A stretch of 64,000 nt of DNA from the human T2T-CHM13v2.0 reference genome, Homo sapiens. The notes under the pieces were generated by a model, which was not told the origin of the DNA, searched no databases, and saw only the letters and a program-made list of their open reading frames with translations. Below, in pieces: positions 44,141 through 60,552 of the stretch (position 1 is the first letter of the stretch; each line of letters begins with the position of its first letter). The stretch is taken from assembly GCF_009914755.1 (NCBI RefSeq), contig NC_060925.1, one strand, 5' to 3'. The translations under genes were made by a program, and so were the position numbers.

Positions 44141-45278
44141 TGTAAAAGAACTATACCAAGACCTCCTGGAAGAGGTTACTTCTGCCCCCTCTAAGCATCT
44201 GAGGCCTGATGCTGTCTCTGAGTACTTTCTGGGATTTCCATATTTTGCTCTAGGCAACTCTTCTCACTTCCATATTCGAAACCTGCCATATGAGGTTCTA
44301 AAAGTAAGGACAAATTGTCACAGAATGGGTCCTATCTAGACCCTGCTCTTTTATTTTAATTCTGAGAAAAGAGTATCAATTCAGCTATACAGAACCCAAG
44401 TACCTTTTCTTTCTCAACTCCAGGAGTCTGCTCTCTGTTGGTGCTAAATATGGGCAAAAAATGTCAAGTTATGTAGAAAGGACTCTTGTATAAACCTTTT
44501 GGAGTGATGGATGGCTGCTTGGTAGTGACAGTGCAATAATGGCTTCCCTGAGTCATTGTGCTATGCCTGGGAGAAGTGAGAAGTCAGGGACAACTGGTCT
44601 CAGAGAGGGAGCAGTTCTTCAGCTTAACTTTGTATGGATCAAGTTCTTCATTCCCCATGACAGGGATTATATTTCAGTGGTCGCTAATTTGAGGACAGGA
44701 TCCAGACAGAGATTAATGAGAAACCCTAACCCTCTCTGGAATGTGAGCAGAGCCTGGGACTGCAGAGCTTGGTTCCAGAAAAACTGGTTTAAGAAGCCAG
44801 AAGCCCAAATTGTCTAAAGTAGGATATTAGACCCTTGGCTAATGAAAGATGAGCACCCTGAACATAGGCCCTGGTCTGGGGCTTGGTGTGCAATGTTCAG
44901 ATCATGCTCTTACCTTGTAAGTTCAATCCTGTGATGATCAGCAAGAAGGTGACTCAGTATACAAACAGGCATATTTAAATTTTAAATTTCCCTGAAACAT
45001 CAGGATTATTTAAAATCTAAAGCGTGATGATCATGGCCCCTCCTTCAGAGAAGCATGTAAGAAGATTAGTTTCAATTTTTGGTGTCCTCTTTCAAGCTGA
45101 TAACAGGAAGGACTTGATTCATTTGTTCAATTTTTCATTCAACCATAAACTGACAAGTATTTTTTTGGTACCTATGCCAGGCATTATGCTAGGCACTGGG
45201 GACACAAGTAACAAAGTGATTTAAGTAACTTGAAAATTTGGTAAAGGGTGGACATGAAATAAACATGCACTCAAATAA

Positions 45279-45577
<299 letters not shown>

Positions 45578-46274
45578 CATAAATGTATAGTTTTAATTGT
45601 GTTAAATGCCAAGAAAGATAATAATGGGAGTAGGAGCATCTAATTTATGTTTGAGGCTCTAGGAAGATCTTTCTCCTTAGTAAATCTTGAATCCTTTGGG
45701 GATCCCACTTAGGGAAGGTTTATGAAATGAGGACTGCTGGGATCTGATGGGATCTCCATAAATATCAGAGGATATAAGTGGATTTGGAAGCGGAATAATT
45801 TTCCTTTCTGGTCTGCACATTCTCTCACACCATACATTAGCCAGGTATGTGTTATTCCCAGTTTCATTCCGAGCACCTAGACACAATGGCTAGCATGTAG
45901 TAGGTATTCATTAATGTTAATTGAATAAATGAATAACTTAAAAGCCGACATTCTTTTACTTGTCTGTTTTTGTTTAAGTTGTTCAGGGCAGAGCTGAAAG
46001 TAGGAGATGGAATCATATCATAAGTCCCAAACCGGGAGATGACCTACAGAATATGTGAAAAGCTTGTGAACAATACCAGAGAGAAAAGGATAGTGAAGTC
46101 AAAGTCCAGTTGGAAGGAAAAGAAATTATCTCATATTGAGACTTACAGATCAGGATGAGGCAACAGGTTCCTGCCAGTAAAACTTTTCATTCCAGCCTTA
46201 GTGACTATCATCTAGGCCTTCATGCCAGGATGGCAGAGAAATGCTGTCTCTGCTCTTCAGTGCCTTTCAACAGA

Positions 46275-46457
46275 CTTTCAGTTATGAGATGAACAAGTTC
46301 TGGGGATCTAATATATTGCATGGGTGGTGAGGGATGTATTAATGAATTTGGTTGTGGTGATACACAATGTTTACAAATATCAAGTCATCATGTTCTACAC
46401 TTTGAATATATACAATCTATTTGTCACTTAAATATTTTTATCAAGAAATAAAGAAAA
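46275..46457 (+). mobile_element. L1MA 3' end fragment
   Basis: TTTCAGTTATGAGATGAACAAGTTCTGGGGATCTAAT...CATCATGTTCTACACTTTGAATATATACAAT. Confidence 0.7.
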
Positions 46458-47286
46458 TGAGAAGGAACCTCTTCAACTCTGGAGATACCAATGAATCAGG
46501 TAATGGCAGAATGAGGAGGAAGGAGAAGTATGGAGAGTTTGAAACAGAGAACAATGAATAAAATGTCTTTTCCTTTTTTTGTCCTTAATAACAAACTTTC
46601 TAAGATAAAGTTTATTTTGGTTTAACTTTAGATAACCCTATTGATATAGCCAAGTTTCCACAGTAATGTCAACAGTAGAATTGTGCAGGCTCTGAAATGA
46701 GGGATATTGTGGAAATGATCACTGGCTGGGATAGGACATTGTAATCCTTGCCTAGTCTTCCATCTAAAAGTAGTTAACTTACTTAGCTTCAGTGGGCAAA
46801 GATCTCTCCTTTCTTTCCTCACTCTTTAAGTCCTTGCTAGCCATATTCCATCCTCTGTGATCAGTTGCTTGGGGATGCCAGAAGCAGGTTGTCTCTCTAC
46901 CTCAACTTCAACTTTCCAATAAGTAAGAGTACCCAAGTTCTACCCCATGCCACTTCTCTCCCTCATCTTTAACTTTAGGAAGGCTTGAGTAAAGCTAGAG
47001 GCTCACAAGGACGTGTGCTCTCTGGGCCCTTCCCTCTTTACTGTTCCAGGAATGGCCAAGCACACCCTGGTCTCCAGGGCTTTGCCTTTGCTGTTACCTC
47101 TGCTTGGTACACACATAGTATACACCTTTCAGTTCCTTAGGGTCTCTGCTATAAAACTACTTTCTCAAAGAGACCTTCCCTGATTCTCCCCTTTCCTCCT
47201 CACTTGCTGTATTTTTGTATGGGTAGCCTCGGGGGGAATGGATATATCTGTTTATGTATCTACTCTAGAATGTGGGCTCTGGAAGG

Positions 47287-47931
47287 TGTTGTGTCCAAAG
47301 AAAAACTTCCCCTTCACTCTCTAAAGGTTTGCTGAAACTCACTGACACGAGGCAGATTAATAGGCGAAAAGGCATACAAATTTATTTGATCATAGTTTCA
47401 TGTAGTGTAGATATCCTCAGAATGAAGATCCAAAGATATAAAGGAAATTGTTTATTTTTATGCTTAAGTTCATGAGACAGAACCATAGATAGTAGTGTAG
47501 AAATATGATTGGGCCAAAAAAGGCATGACCTAATGCTAGCAGACTGAATGGGGAGACCCAGCAAAGCTTGTCTGGATTCTTCTTGGCCTCCTGAGCATGT
47601 GTTCCTTCCTCCTGGATATGGGGCAAAGCCCTCTCTGGAATGGGGACCTATGACCTATAGTCAAACAACGTAGATTAAATAATTTCTTTATGGGCAGTTT
47701 TTACACAGAAAGATGAGGGGAAAGTTACAATAATAGTTTAAGGTTTTATGGCTGGCTTTGACGAAAAGGGGTTCTCCTTTCCATGAACTGCCTTGGGGAA
47801 GAGGGATTTTAGTTTCTATGGGTAGCCTCATGGGAAAATGGGACTGAGAGACAGGAAGGAAGAAAGGTCAGAGAAAAACTTTTGCTTCTGAGGCTGCCTT
47901 CATTTTGGGGTATTGCTTTTGAGTCCCAACA
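47287..47931 (-). mobile_element. ERV1 solo LTR, MER39/MER34 family, inserted in L2
   Basis: TG...CA ends; reverse strand begins TGTTGGGACTCAAAAGCAATACCCCAAAATGAAGGCAGCCTCAGAAGCAAAAGTTTTTCTCTGACC. Confidence 0.75.
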
Positions 47932-49427
47932 TGACATTGCCTTTGCATTTTTATTGCTATTCAGCAGAATGCTGTCACATAGATGGTCAATACATTTTTG
48001 CTGAATGAATTACAACCATCAAGGAGGTATGAAACCAAATCAAACCAAACCAAATAACCAAAATCTTACCTGTGAAAGCAAAGATATTAGCACTAATACT
48101 GAACAAATTCCTACATATTTACTTATATTTTATGTCCCAGTTATCAGGCTTCCTCATGGATTCCTTTATTCTCACAGTACTAAAGCTCAACCAGCCTTCT
48201 TGCATTTCCACATATACTCCCAGCCCCTGAAAGCCTTCCCTACTCTTACAATTCCAGGAAGGACTAACAAAACAATACATCTGGTGACCCACTTAAAATA
48301 GGCCACATTTAAAGCTGTCCTGTGTTAAAGGGGACTCTCTTAAATGGACCACCCTGAATGTTACATGAGATGGTGTCTTTCTGCCAATAAGCTTAGTAGT
48401 GTTTTATAAATAAAAAGATGATGTTAGGGAGAAGGGTTCTTCCCCCCTCTTTCTCTTTGTCTCTGCCTCTGTATGTCTGTCTTTTAATTCACATAGAGAA
48501 TTTTATTATATAAATCTTCTGCTAATCTATGCAATGACAAAGCAATTTCAACCCAGGAAAATGATTCCACTCCCTTGCCTCTTACGTGAAATAAGACTGT
48601 TTCAGTTTTGTGAAAAACTAGGGCAAACTAGATTCTACAGAAGCAGCTTTTCTAAGTGAGAGTAGATCCTCTAATCACTTCTTGGTTCCTACAGGACTTC
48701 TGCTGGGTCCCTGAAAGAAACCTCACATTCAGGACGGAAAACGAAACATAGGCTAGTTGACAGCTGCTTCAAGAATGCAGTTGCTGGCTATCTCCTGACA
48801 GGGGGTTCTGTTGTGCTTTGAAGAATAATATGAAAATTCAAGCTCAGAATAAGCTACTGAAATTTGAAAATTAAAACTCCACCCTAAACCTTCATCAGCA
48901 TCTGAAGCCAAATCCTTTTAGATGTGCAGGAGGGATCTGTTTACTTTGTATGAAAAATCATTTTCTTTTTATTAGCAAGCTCCAGGGTTTCCTGATGATC
49001 TGAAGGGCTCTTGCCTCTCCGAGGGCAGTCCTGGGGCACTCTTGGCACAAACAGAGGCCAGAGAGATTGGAAATATTATTTTGCAACATTTTCTGCCTGG
49101 TTTTAAAGTCAAGGAAGACAAATGGTTCTGATAATTTCAGCAATACCTTTGAATGTGAATTGCCTCATTGTCCTGAGCTGACCTAGTGAGGTTAAAATCA
49201 AACCAAACCCAAACAAATAAAAAAAAAAAAGAAAAATTGAAACCAACATACCATGAACAACTCTTCCCTTCCTCAGCCAGCCTGTTTGATCCAGAAAAAG
49301 GTAGCTATCTTGTTCCTATTATCATCAAAACCAACATAAGAATCTGCTCATTGCTTTTTGGACTCATGGTGGGGAAGGGCAGGGTGGGGTGGAGGTGTAT
49401 GGGTGGGTGGCAGGGGGTTTCAGTAAT

Positions 49428-49807
49428 TGTCTTAGTTTTTTTTTTTTTCTGCTATAACAGAATATCACAGACTGGGCAACTTATAAACAATAGTAGTTTG
49501 TTTGGCTCACAGTTCTGGAGGCTGAGAAGTCCAAGATCAAGGGGCCATATCTAGCGAGGGCCTTCTTGCTGCATTACAACATAGCAGAAGGCATCACATG
49601 GTGAGAGAACATGACATTGAACACAAGATTGAATTCACAGCCTCAAGTCCTTCTATAATTGGCATTAATCCATTTATGAGCGCAGGAGTCCTCTTGGGAG
49701 TCCTCATTATTTAAACACATCCCGTTAAGCTCCACCTCCCACCACTGTTGCACTTGGGATTAAGTTTCCAACACATGCCTTTTGGGGGACACATTTAAAC
49801 CATTGCA
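49428..49807 (-). mobile_element. MaLR solo LTR (MST-type)
   Basis: TGTCTTAG...GGCTCACAGTTCTGGAGGCTGAGAAGTCCAAGATCAAGG...GGGGACACATTTAAACCATTGCA. Confidence 0.85.
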
Positions 49808-50722
49808 GTTGCCTTTAAATCTTTTCCTTGATGTCACCATGCTCACTTTTGTCTTCTTCCTGTTGTTGAATTGTTTACCTCTAACAAGCAGGCCATCCTG
49901 ATTTCTTCTCATCTCACTGTAAATTCCACCAAGAGACCTCCTTTATCAGATTCCTCTTGAACATTCCAGCCCACAATGATCTCCTCATCTCTCACCTATA
50001 GCAGAAATATTATTCAGGGCCCCGAGCACTCTACTGCTGGAATCCAGGTATTTTTTCCACCCCCTTGCCTCTTACATGAAATAAGACTCTTTCTAGCAAT
50101 CTTCTAACTTTCCTGAGCTGTAAGATCATCCCTGGATTTCCTACCCAGAGACTAAAACTCTTGAATTTCAGTAGGCTTTAGGCTTCTTGGTTCAACCACA
50201 GCTCCACCAGTGACTCCACTGTCAGCTCCCTCTGCCAAGCTCCCTCTGCCTTTTCAATGCTCTGCAACCCACGCACCCCATTTCTCTCTACTTTAACATC
50301 CATTCACCGACATAAGATCTGCCTTTTGTTCATGTTTCTCAGCCTCCAGCTTTTCTACTGCCAATGTGCTCCACTTTTTGAGTAATCCTGTCCATCAGCT
50401 GTGGTACATTATAAAATGAGTATGCCCTAACCTGCACTTCCAGATGGCCTCATGATATTCTTGTAATTACATTCCCTGACTACCATGGGCAAAATGAAAC
50501 ACATGCTATGAAAGTAGGTATGTGTTATGCTGGTTCACAAGACAAACTTTAAAAGAAAACGAGTGAGGTCTCCTTAGGACCTTTTCCACTGATTGGCCCC
50601 TTCTTTGAATGGGGGTTCCTAATAGTCACTGTTTCTCAATCAATAGCATGAAATGCTTGCTTCCAGATCTTGTTTTTAAGTCTTTAGAACAGAGAGGTGA
50701 TGATAAGTGGGGACTGTAATAA

Positions 50723-51064
<342 letters not shown>

Positions 51065-53644
51065 TATTGTACATGATAATCTTATGTGCACTATGAAGTT
51101 TGAGAAAAGATAAGAGGCAGGGAATGGGTAGAGATGGTTTCACTAAAGAACTACCTTGGGCCAGGTACTAAATAGTTACTTTGTATATGTTCCTTATTTA
51201 AATGTGGCAAAAAACTTTCATTTCAGACTTATCAATGGCTCAGACTTTTTAGAGTTTATTTCCTAGCTGCTAATTTTCTGGATTTGTTATTTAGAGCCTG
51301 AACTTAAGAAGCTGAGAAATATGAGTTCAAATCATTCTTGTTTTCTGTGGGTAAGCATTTTAGTGCTTAAAATAGGAGGATTATCAATTTCTCTTCTGTA
51401 AAATATAGGAATGGCAACACCTACTTAATGGGATTGATGTGACAAATAACTGAGATATTTTAATCAAGGTGTGAATTACAGTGACTCTTCTATAGTAGAT
51501 ACTCAGTAAGTGAGAGCAGTGGTTATAATCTTTACCTAGACATATGCTTCTGGCCAGGGAGGAGACACCCAGAATCAATCCTGTTGGTATTAAAATTTTT
51601 TCTTTAAGATTTTGCAGATAAAAAATAAGGCCATGGTTCATAAAGATTCTGAGCTCAGAGTAATGGACTCATGGGTTCTCACAGAACTAGTGAGGAAAAA
51701 ATGAAAGGGAAAGTCAGCATACACACACACATGCACACACACCCCACCCCTCAGTCTTTCAGATAGGGTCTGTAACAGTAAGCCAAGGTTCACTTACAGA
51801 GTTCCCATAACAAATGAGCATATGGTGAGCATTTGACTGAGGGAAATACACATCCTTTAAGGAAGCTCTTAAGTTCTCACAAATTCAATAAGAATAGAAG
51901 AATGTCTTAAAAATCAGAAGACATCAGAGACATAGAGAAACTCTCAGTAGTTTATTCTTTTTTAAAACTTGCAACTTAGAGGTGTATGTCTACATGTAGC
52001 CCTCTGAGTTAGGATGCATTCCTCCACGCTACAGCCTGGAGAAAACAGATCTGCGTGTCCTTTAATCCATGATCATTGTAGATCAAGTTACCTCTTTGAA
52101 AGAACTTTTCTTTCTCTAGCCAACTAAATGAAAAGAAAATGATGTACTTAATTGTTTTCTAAATTGCAATTTTTCTCCCACAGATGTTTTTTATCAGTGT
52201 TGAGCCCAATGGGCTTTGTCAGTCACACGGGGAGATGAAATCATGTGGTAATAAAAGAGACGGGGTTGGGGGAGGAAGGGAAATACCATACAGTATATTG
52301 TCTAATTGAAAAATGTGCCACATAAATGCTGAACTTGAAATCTTTCCCTCCCCAAGGGCTACTCACAACAAACAATGCACACATCTTCTGCACTGGAAAG
52401 ATTAGACTTCTCCCCTTTCTCCATTATTAATTCAGGCCAATGCAAGAGTTTCCTTTTTTTTTTTTTTTTTTTGCCTTTTTTGGGTTAAGTCGTTCTACTG
52501 GAATTGTGATGCAAGGTAACAAGATTCCAAAGTGAAATCTTAAATGCAAAGGTAATGGCATCTGAGCTAGAGGGTGAAGGTTACAGTGATGATGATAAAG
52601 GGATAGCATTAGATTAAACTCTAACTTTGTAGAAGGAAGATGAGAACTAGCAACAATATCTATGAATGTATCTGAGAAATGGTTGCTAGTGATAATGCAA
52701 CCTAAAATGTAGGGGAGGCTAGTAGAATTATGGCACTTGGAAAATTCAGAAAGTCTCAGGCTTCAGTGCATGTTAATGAAAGCTGGAACCATAAGTAGAG
52801 TGGATCAGGAAGGACAGACAGAAGGAAAGGCTGCATGTGTTTTTCATAGCAAGAAGGAGAATGCTACAGATGCAGGACCCATGTCAGCATCAGAGAGATT
52901 AGAAGACAAAGAGAGACTCATGCTCACAAGCAAACCTAAAGAAGTAAAAGGTTTTCACTTCCCCCTCCCCCAATACTCCATTATGGAAAACAAATGAGAA
53001 TTGACTGCAGTACAAAAGCGTTGGCCTAGAAAGTCCTCTGAGAGATCTTTCTAGTTCTCCACCTATATTCATTTGCACTGCCCTTTACCCACACTTGACT
53101 GTGCTTTAAATTTTCTGTAGGAAGTGACTTGTAACCAGTGGGATGGTAACTAAGGGGCTTTTATCAGCCCTCACTGTCAAGAGGGCCTCTCTCTTATGTC
53201 AGGAAAAAAAGGGGGCTCTTTCCTCTTGTTCTGCCATTATTGAAGAAGGAGAGCATCTAGTGATTATATAAGAAACTCAATGAATCACTTATTTTATTTT
53301 TTACTCATTTAATTTAGCTGTGTCTCATATTTGACTAAAACTAACTCCAGGGATTTCTCCAGGTTCTTTGATTGCACTGGAATCTTAATGAGTCATCCAT
53401 TTCTTTGAAATATGAGGATTATTACCCAAGTGTTATATTCCTTAACTAAATAGTAATTTTTTTGTAGTAATATTTGGAATAGCCAGATTCAAACTGCATA
53501 AGAGAGAGTCACCATGTGTAATACCAAAGCTTTCTGGGGAAAAATCACATTGCATTAAGTTGCAGATGATTAGGGTTTTGTCTGGGCTTTAAAACACACT
53601 TCAACCTTTCTGTTTCTCAGTGTTCATCCCTGTATTAAAATAAA

Positions 53645-53932
53645 CATCCTCCTCCTCATCATAATTGTCATTGTCATCATCAGCATCATCATCATTTTTC
53701 TCTTCCTCTTACTTTCTTGTTCTTCTTCCTCTTTTTTCCCTATTCTGTTTTGTCCTTTCTTTCTGTCCCCTACCTCCTTCTCCTCCTTCTTCTTTTTGTT
53801 GTCTCTTCTTCCACTTCTTTTCCCCTTTTTTCTTTTGCCTATCCTTCTCCTTCTCTTCATGTTTTCTTTTGTTCTCTTTCGCTTTTCTCCTCCTCTTCCT
53901 CACTTCCTTCTTTCCATTTTCTCTATATTTTT
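53645..53932. repeat. Pyrimidine-rich low-complexity tract ((CAT)n then CT/CTT-rich)
   Basis: About 230 nt that are overwhelmingly C/T on the + strand. Confidence 0.85.
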
Positions 53933-54286
53933 TGAGTTTTCACTCTGTGTCAAGGTTTAGTGAAGCCTCTTACTTATGTCATCTCAACACATCTTGGTAA
54001 TGGACCTAGATATTATTTTCAGAAAAGCAAATGAAGTATCAGAAAGGAATAAGTAATTTATCCATTTACATGCCAAGTAAATATGACTTTGGGTATCTCT
54101 AACTCCAAATCCATGCTTTTAGCCAAAACCTCTCTAGGAGAGATGAAAAATATTGGGGGAGAAAGGTTGAAATAATCAAAGTTGTAATTAAACTTTAAAT
54201 TTATAATTTAAGAGTATGAAACATAACTTTGCATTTGTGAAAATTTGGAAGTTAATTGAGATAAGATAATTAAAATGCTTATGTGA

Positions 54287-56954
<2,668 letters not shown>

Positions 56955-57149
56955 AATAGTTTTTAATAGAATAATCTGTAAAGAAGAAATGAAACAGGAA
57001 TGTGATAGTACTTTGAAATATAGAAAGTTCTTTATATTAAATAATTATTTATTAAATGTATTTATTAAAACTCACAGCAGATGCTCAAGGATGAATGCAT
57101 GTGCTATTACAAAGGACTCAGCAGTCCTTGGAAAATGCACATTTGTATT

Positions 57150-57725
57150 TGTTAGAATCAGCTATCAAGTAACAAAGACCAAATTACCATAGCTTTACAC
57201 TTTACAAAAAGAAGTCTGGAGATGGATTCTTCCAAGGCAGTCACAGTGGCTTGTTGATGTCATCCAGGTCCTCCATTCTTTGTTTCTTTTTATACTACCA
57301 TTTTAAGTATGTTGGCTTTTGTTCCTTAGACTTGTACCTCATTATGCTAAGAGATCTGTCATAGCTCCTAGGATCACATCTCACCTAATTACATTATTAC
57401 ATTTAGGGACAGAGGGAAAAAGTTTTTTTTCTTTTGAGGATCTTTTTTTTTTTTCCTTTTTTTAAAGAAAGGAAATAGTTTCCAGAAGCTGCTTCCACTC
57501 AACTCCCTAGCACACTTTCTCTTATGTTTCATTAGCCAGGTCTGGGTTACATTCCCACTTCTGATCACTGGCAGAGGAAATGGAGTGGCAAGTAGGGCCA
57601 GAGAAGGAGCTAAGCTTCTTCAAAAATATAAGATGTCTGCTTGCTACCTGAATATGTTTGGAGTTTAATTAGCAAGTAAGAGGGCAAAATGGATGTTGCG
57701 TAAACAATGAACACTGTCTGCTATA
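57150..57725 (-). mobile_element. Old MLT1-type LTR
   Basis: CAGCTATCAAGTAACAAAGACC...AAGAAGTCTGGAGATGG...TCATTAGCCAGG, MLT1J/K-like. Confidence 0.55.
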
Positions 57726-58232
57726 TCACTTATCCATTTCACAGGCAAAAAATATCTTCCTTAATTTCCCTCAACTGAGAGCAAACCTGTGTGGAATATT
57801 TTGCCTTGAGGAAGCAAAGATGGGGAAGAAGACAGCATCCTGTGGAAAGTTACAGTTGGTTTGCCTCTTTCTTTCAAACTTTCATATATTCTGTTAGTAT
57901 TCTAATCTAAATACCCGGAGAATTTTGAGCAGGAAAGTGGAGGAGAATGACTGAAAATTAAAGAACAAGACAAGCTTTATTTTTTTGAGAGGAGGAGATA
58001 TGGACAAGTGAGGGATAGGCATGTAAATAAGTAAACATGTCACTGAAGATGGATGGAGCATTACATGTGGCACAGCACAAGGAGAAACAGAGTTCACTGC
58101 AGTCATGACAAAGGGACGAGACAGGGACTCTGGAAAGGTCTGAAAGATTCAAAAGTAGCCTTATCACGCTTTTTAAGAAGCCAGCACAGTGTGTCAATGG
58201 CCATATGAATAATCTAATATTCCAGATCGCTA

Positions 58233-58272
<40 letters not shown>

Positions 58273-58283
58273 CGATGATGATG
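58233..58283. repeat. (ATG)n trinucleotide repeat at the tail of a MIR (58285-58470)
   Basis: About 17 units with one GAC interruption. Confidence 0.92.
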
Positions 58284-60379
58284 TTAATATATAGTGTTTA
58301 CAACATGTCAGCTGCTGTTCTTAGGACTTTCTCCATGGTCATTTAACTGTTATGACTGCTCTACAAAGTAGGGTCTATTATCATCCCATTTTTTCCATGA
58401 GGAAACTGGTACAGGTAGGTGAAGAACTTCCCCAAGCTTACACAGCTAATAAATGGCAGACCTATGATTTTTTTTGTTGTTGTTGGTTTCTTACATTCTC
58501 CCAATAATGTTATTTATGCACAATGATTGGCCCTTTCAAATAATCATATTGAGAATTTTAATAACATCTCTTTCATTACAAATTGATTTGGGAAAATTTG
58601 AATATTTATATACTTCACTCTTAAATATAAGCACTCTTTGGAAATCATTACCAATTCATCAAGAAGCTGTCTTAGCCACAGTTACATAATTCACAATAAA
58701 TATCAATTAAGTTAAGGCTGTATGAGGAAGCTAAAAAAACCAAAGAACTCTGAACAAGTAATGTATGTAATTAAGTTGTATTAGAGCAACAATTTGAACA
58801 GCAAAATATTGTGCATATCCATAGCTCTTTAATGATAGCATAAGAGACTTTTTAACATCTAAGGTGATTACACTGAGAGTAGGTAAACAACTGACTTTAT
58901 CCAATGGAATTTTATCTATTGGCTCATTTCTTCTCTGCCTCTCCTTTCTTAGAATTCTTTTTCAGTTTGCAGTCTATTAGGGCCACTGTGATTGCATCTT
59001 CAGTTAGCATGGAGCAGTGCAGCTTCATGGGAGAAAGGCATAGTTCCTTGTCAATATCTCTGCTTTTGATGGTCATGGCTTCTTCAACCACTTTTCCTTA
59101 ACCTATTCAATGGTTAATAAACTTGGATCAATTTCAGAACCACAGCCAAGTATTTAAAACCTGGAAGCCATAAGTTTTTCCTTTTCATTCACTTGAAACA
59201 ATTTCATTAAATTACTACCAACTAGAGCCTTCACCAATCTAGCTCATTTCTGGATATTTTATCAAGGAGCCTTTCATCGTTTGAATTCTCTAAATGATCA
59301 ACAACCTTCTTGTGACAGAGCAGAGCCTGGTCCAACAGCTCTTGGTTGGGGACATACAGGCTCATGAGCCGCAGGTTCAAAGCTACTGGTCACCAGTGAT
59401 CTACTCTAGCTGCCATATTGTCAAGGCCAGAGCTGGAATTCAACCTGGATATTCTAGCTCCACAGTTCATGTTCTTAACCCCTGGACTATATTATCTGTC
59501 TAGTGTCTGTGTTTTACCTAGCGTCTTAGAATACTGAAGCCATGGCAAGGTTATAAATGGTAAAAATATAGCTAATAAAGAAGACCAATCAAGACTGTGT
59601 TATAAGGTTGAGGAGAAAAGGACACACATGGCAATGATAAATTGCAATGTTTGGGGAAAGAAATGAGAATCAGTTATATTTTGAATGGAAACATGTTGGA
59701 GGGGAAGAAATTTGCAAAATAATAATCAGACATGTTTCAGGTTGGCTGCTTACCCACTGAGTTCTTAGGTCATCGCCTCTGAGAATAGCATGGGTTAATG
59801 GGCACTACTGTCCTGGCAGTTCTTTTTTTCTCTTTCTCACCATGTCACTGGGCTTTCTGGTGCACCTGGACCATAATAGCACTACTAGGCTGCTCTACCA
59901 GAGTACATTGTCTTTCACTGACATAGAAGAAATACCTTCTGATATTCCAGACACCTGAAATGGGATGGAGAATGGGAAGAGGGACCTTCATTTTGGTGGC
60001 ATTTCTTGTCTAAGCAGGGATGTATCACTCAGTGGCAAGCTCTGCCTCTCAGATAATGAATGGAGCAGTGGGCCATCCATTCCAAGGTCTTGGGGCAATA
60101 TCAGGATACCTCTGAATGTAGTAGTTCTTATAATGTAGCAGTTTCTTCTGTTTGTCATATGGCAAGGCAGAATGGACTTTCAGAATCTTGTTTTTGTGGT
60201 CTAGTGGTGAAGTCTTATCTTTGGGACAGCAGCCCAATTATTCATAATTATTAATTCAGAAGGTATTTTCATATATGCGTCTGCCTAATGGTCAGATGGA
60301 ACTGTGGAACTCCATGACAAGCCTGCAGAATGTTCCATTCTCCATCTGCATGCAGCCTAATAACTGTATTTTCATAGAA

Positions 60380-60552
60380 TTAGAGACTTATAATATTTAA
60401 GGCATTTTAAGGTAATGTATCTCATTCAAATCTTTCTCTTTACAGATGAGGAAACTGAAGCCCAGAGAGATGAAATGATTTTCCATGTTAATACAGAGAC
60501 AGAGTAGTACCATATGCTATTTTACCTAGGAGTCAATGCTCTTTCCTATACA
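60380..60552 (-). mobile_element. MIR SINE
   Basis: TTTACAGATGAGGAAACTGAAGCCCAGAGAGATGAAATGA. Confidence 0.75.

Noticed and set aside
53624-54000. Lys/Arg/Glu-rich and Phe/Ser-rich ORFs
   Set aside because: Artefacts of the pyrimidine-rich low-complexity tract
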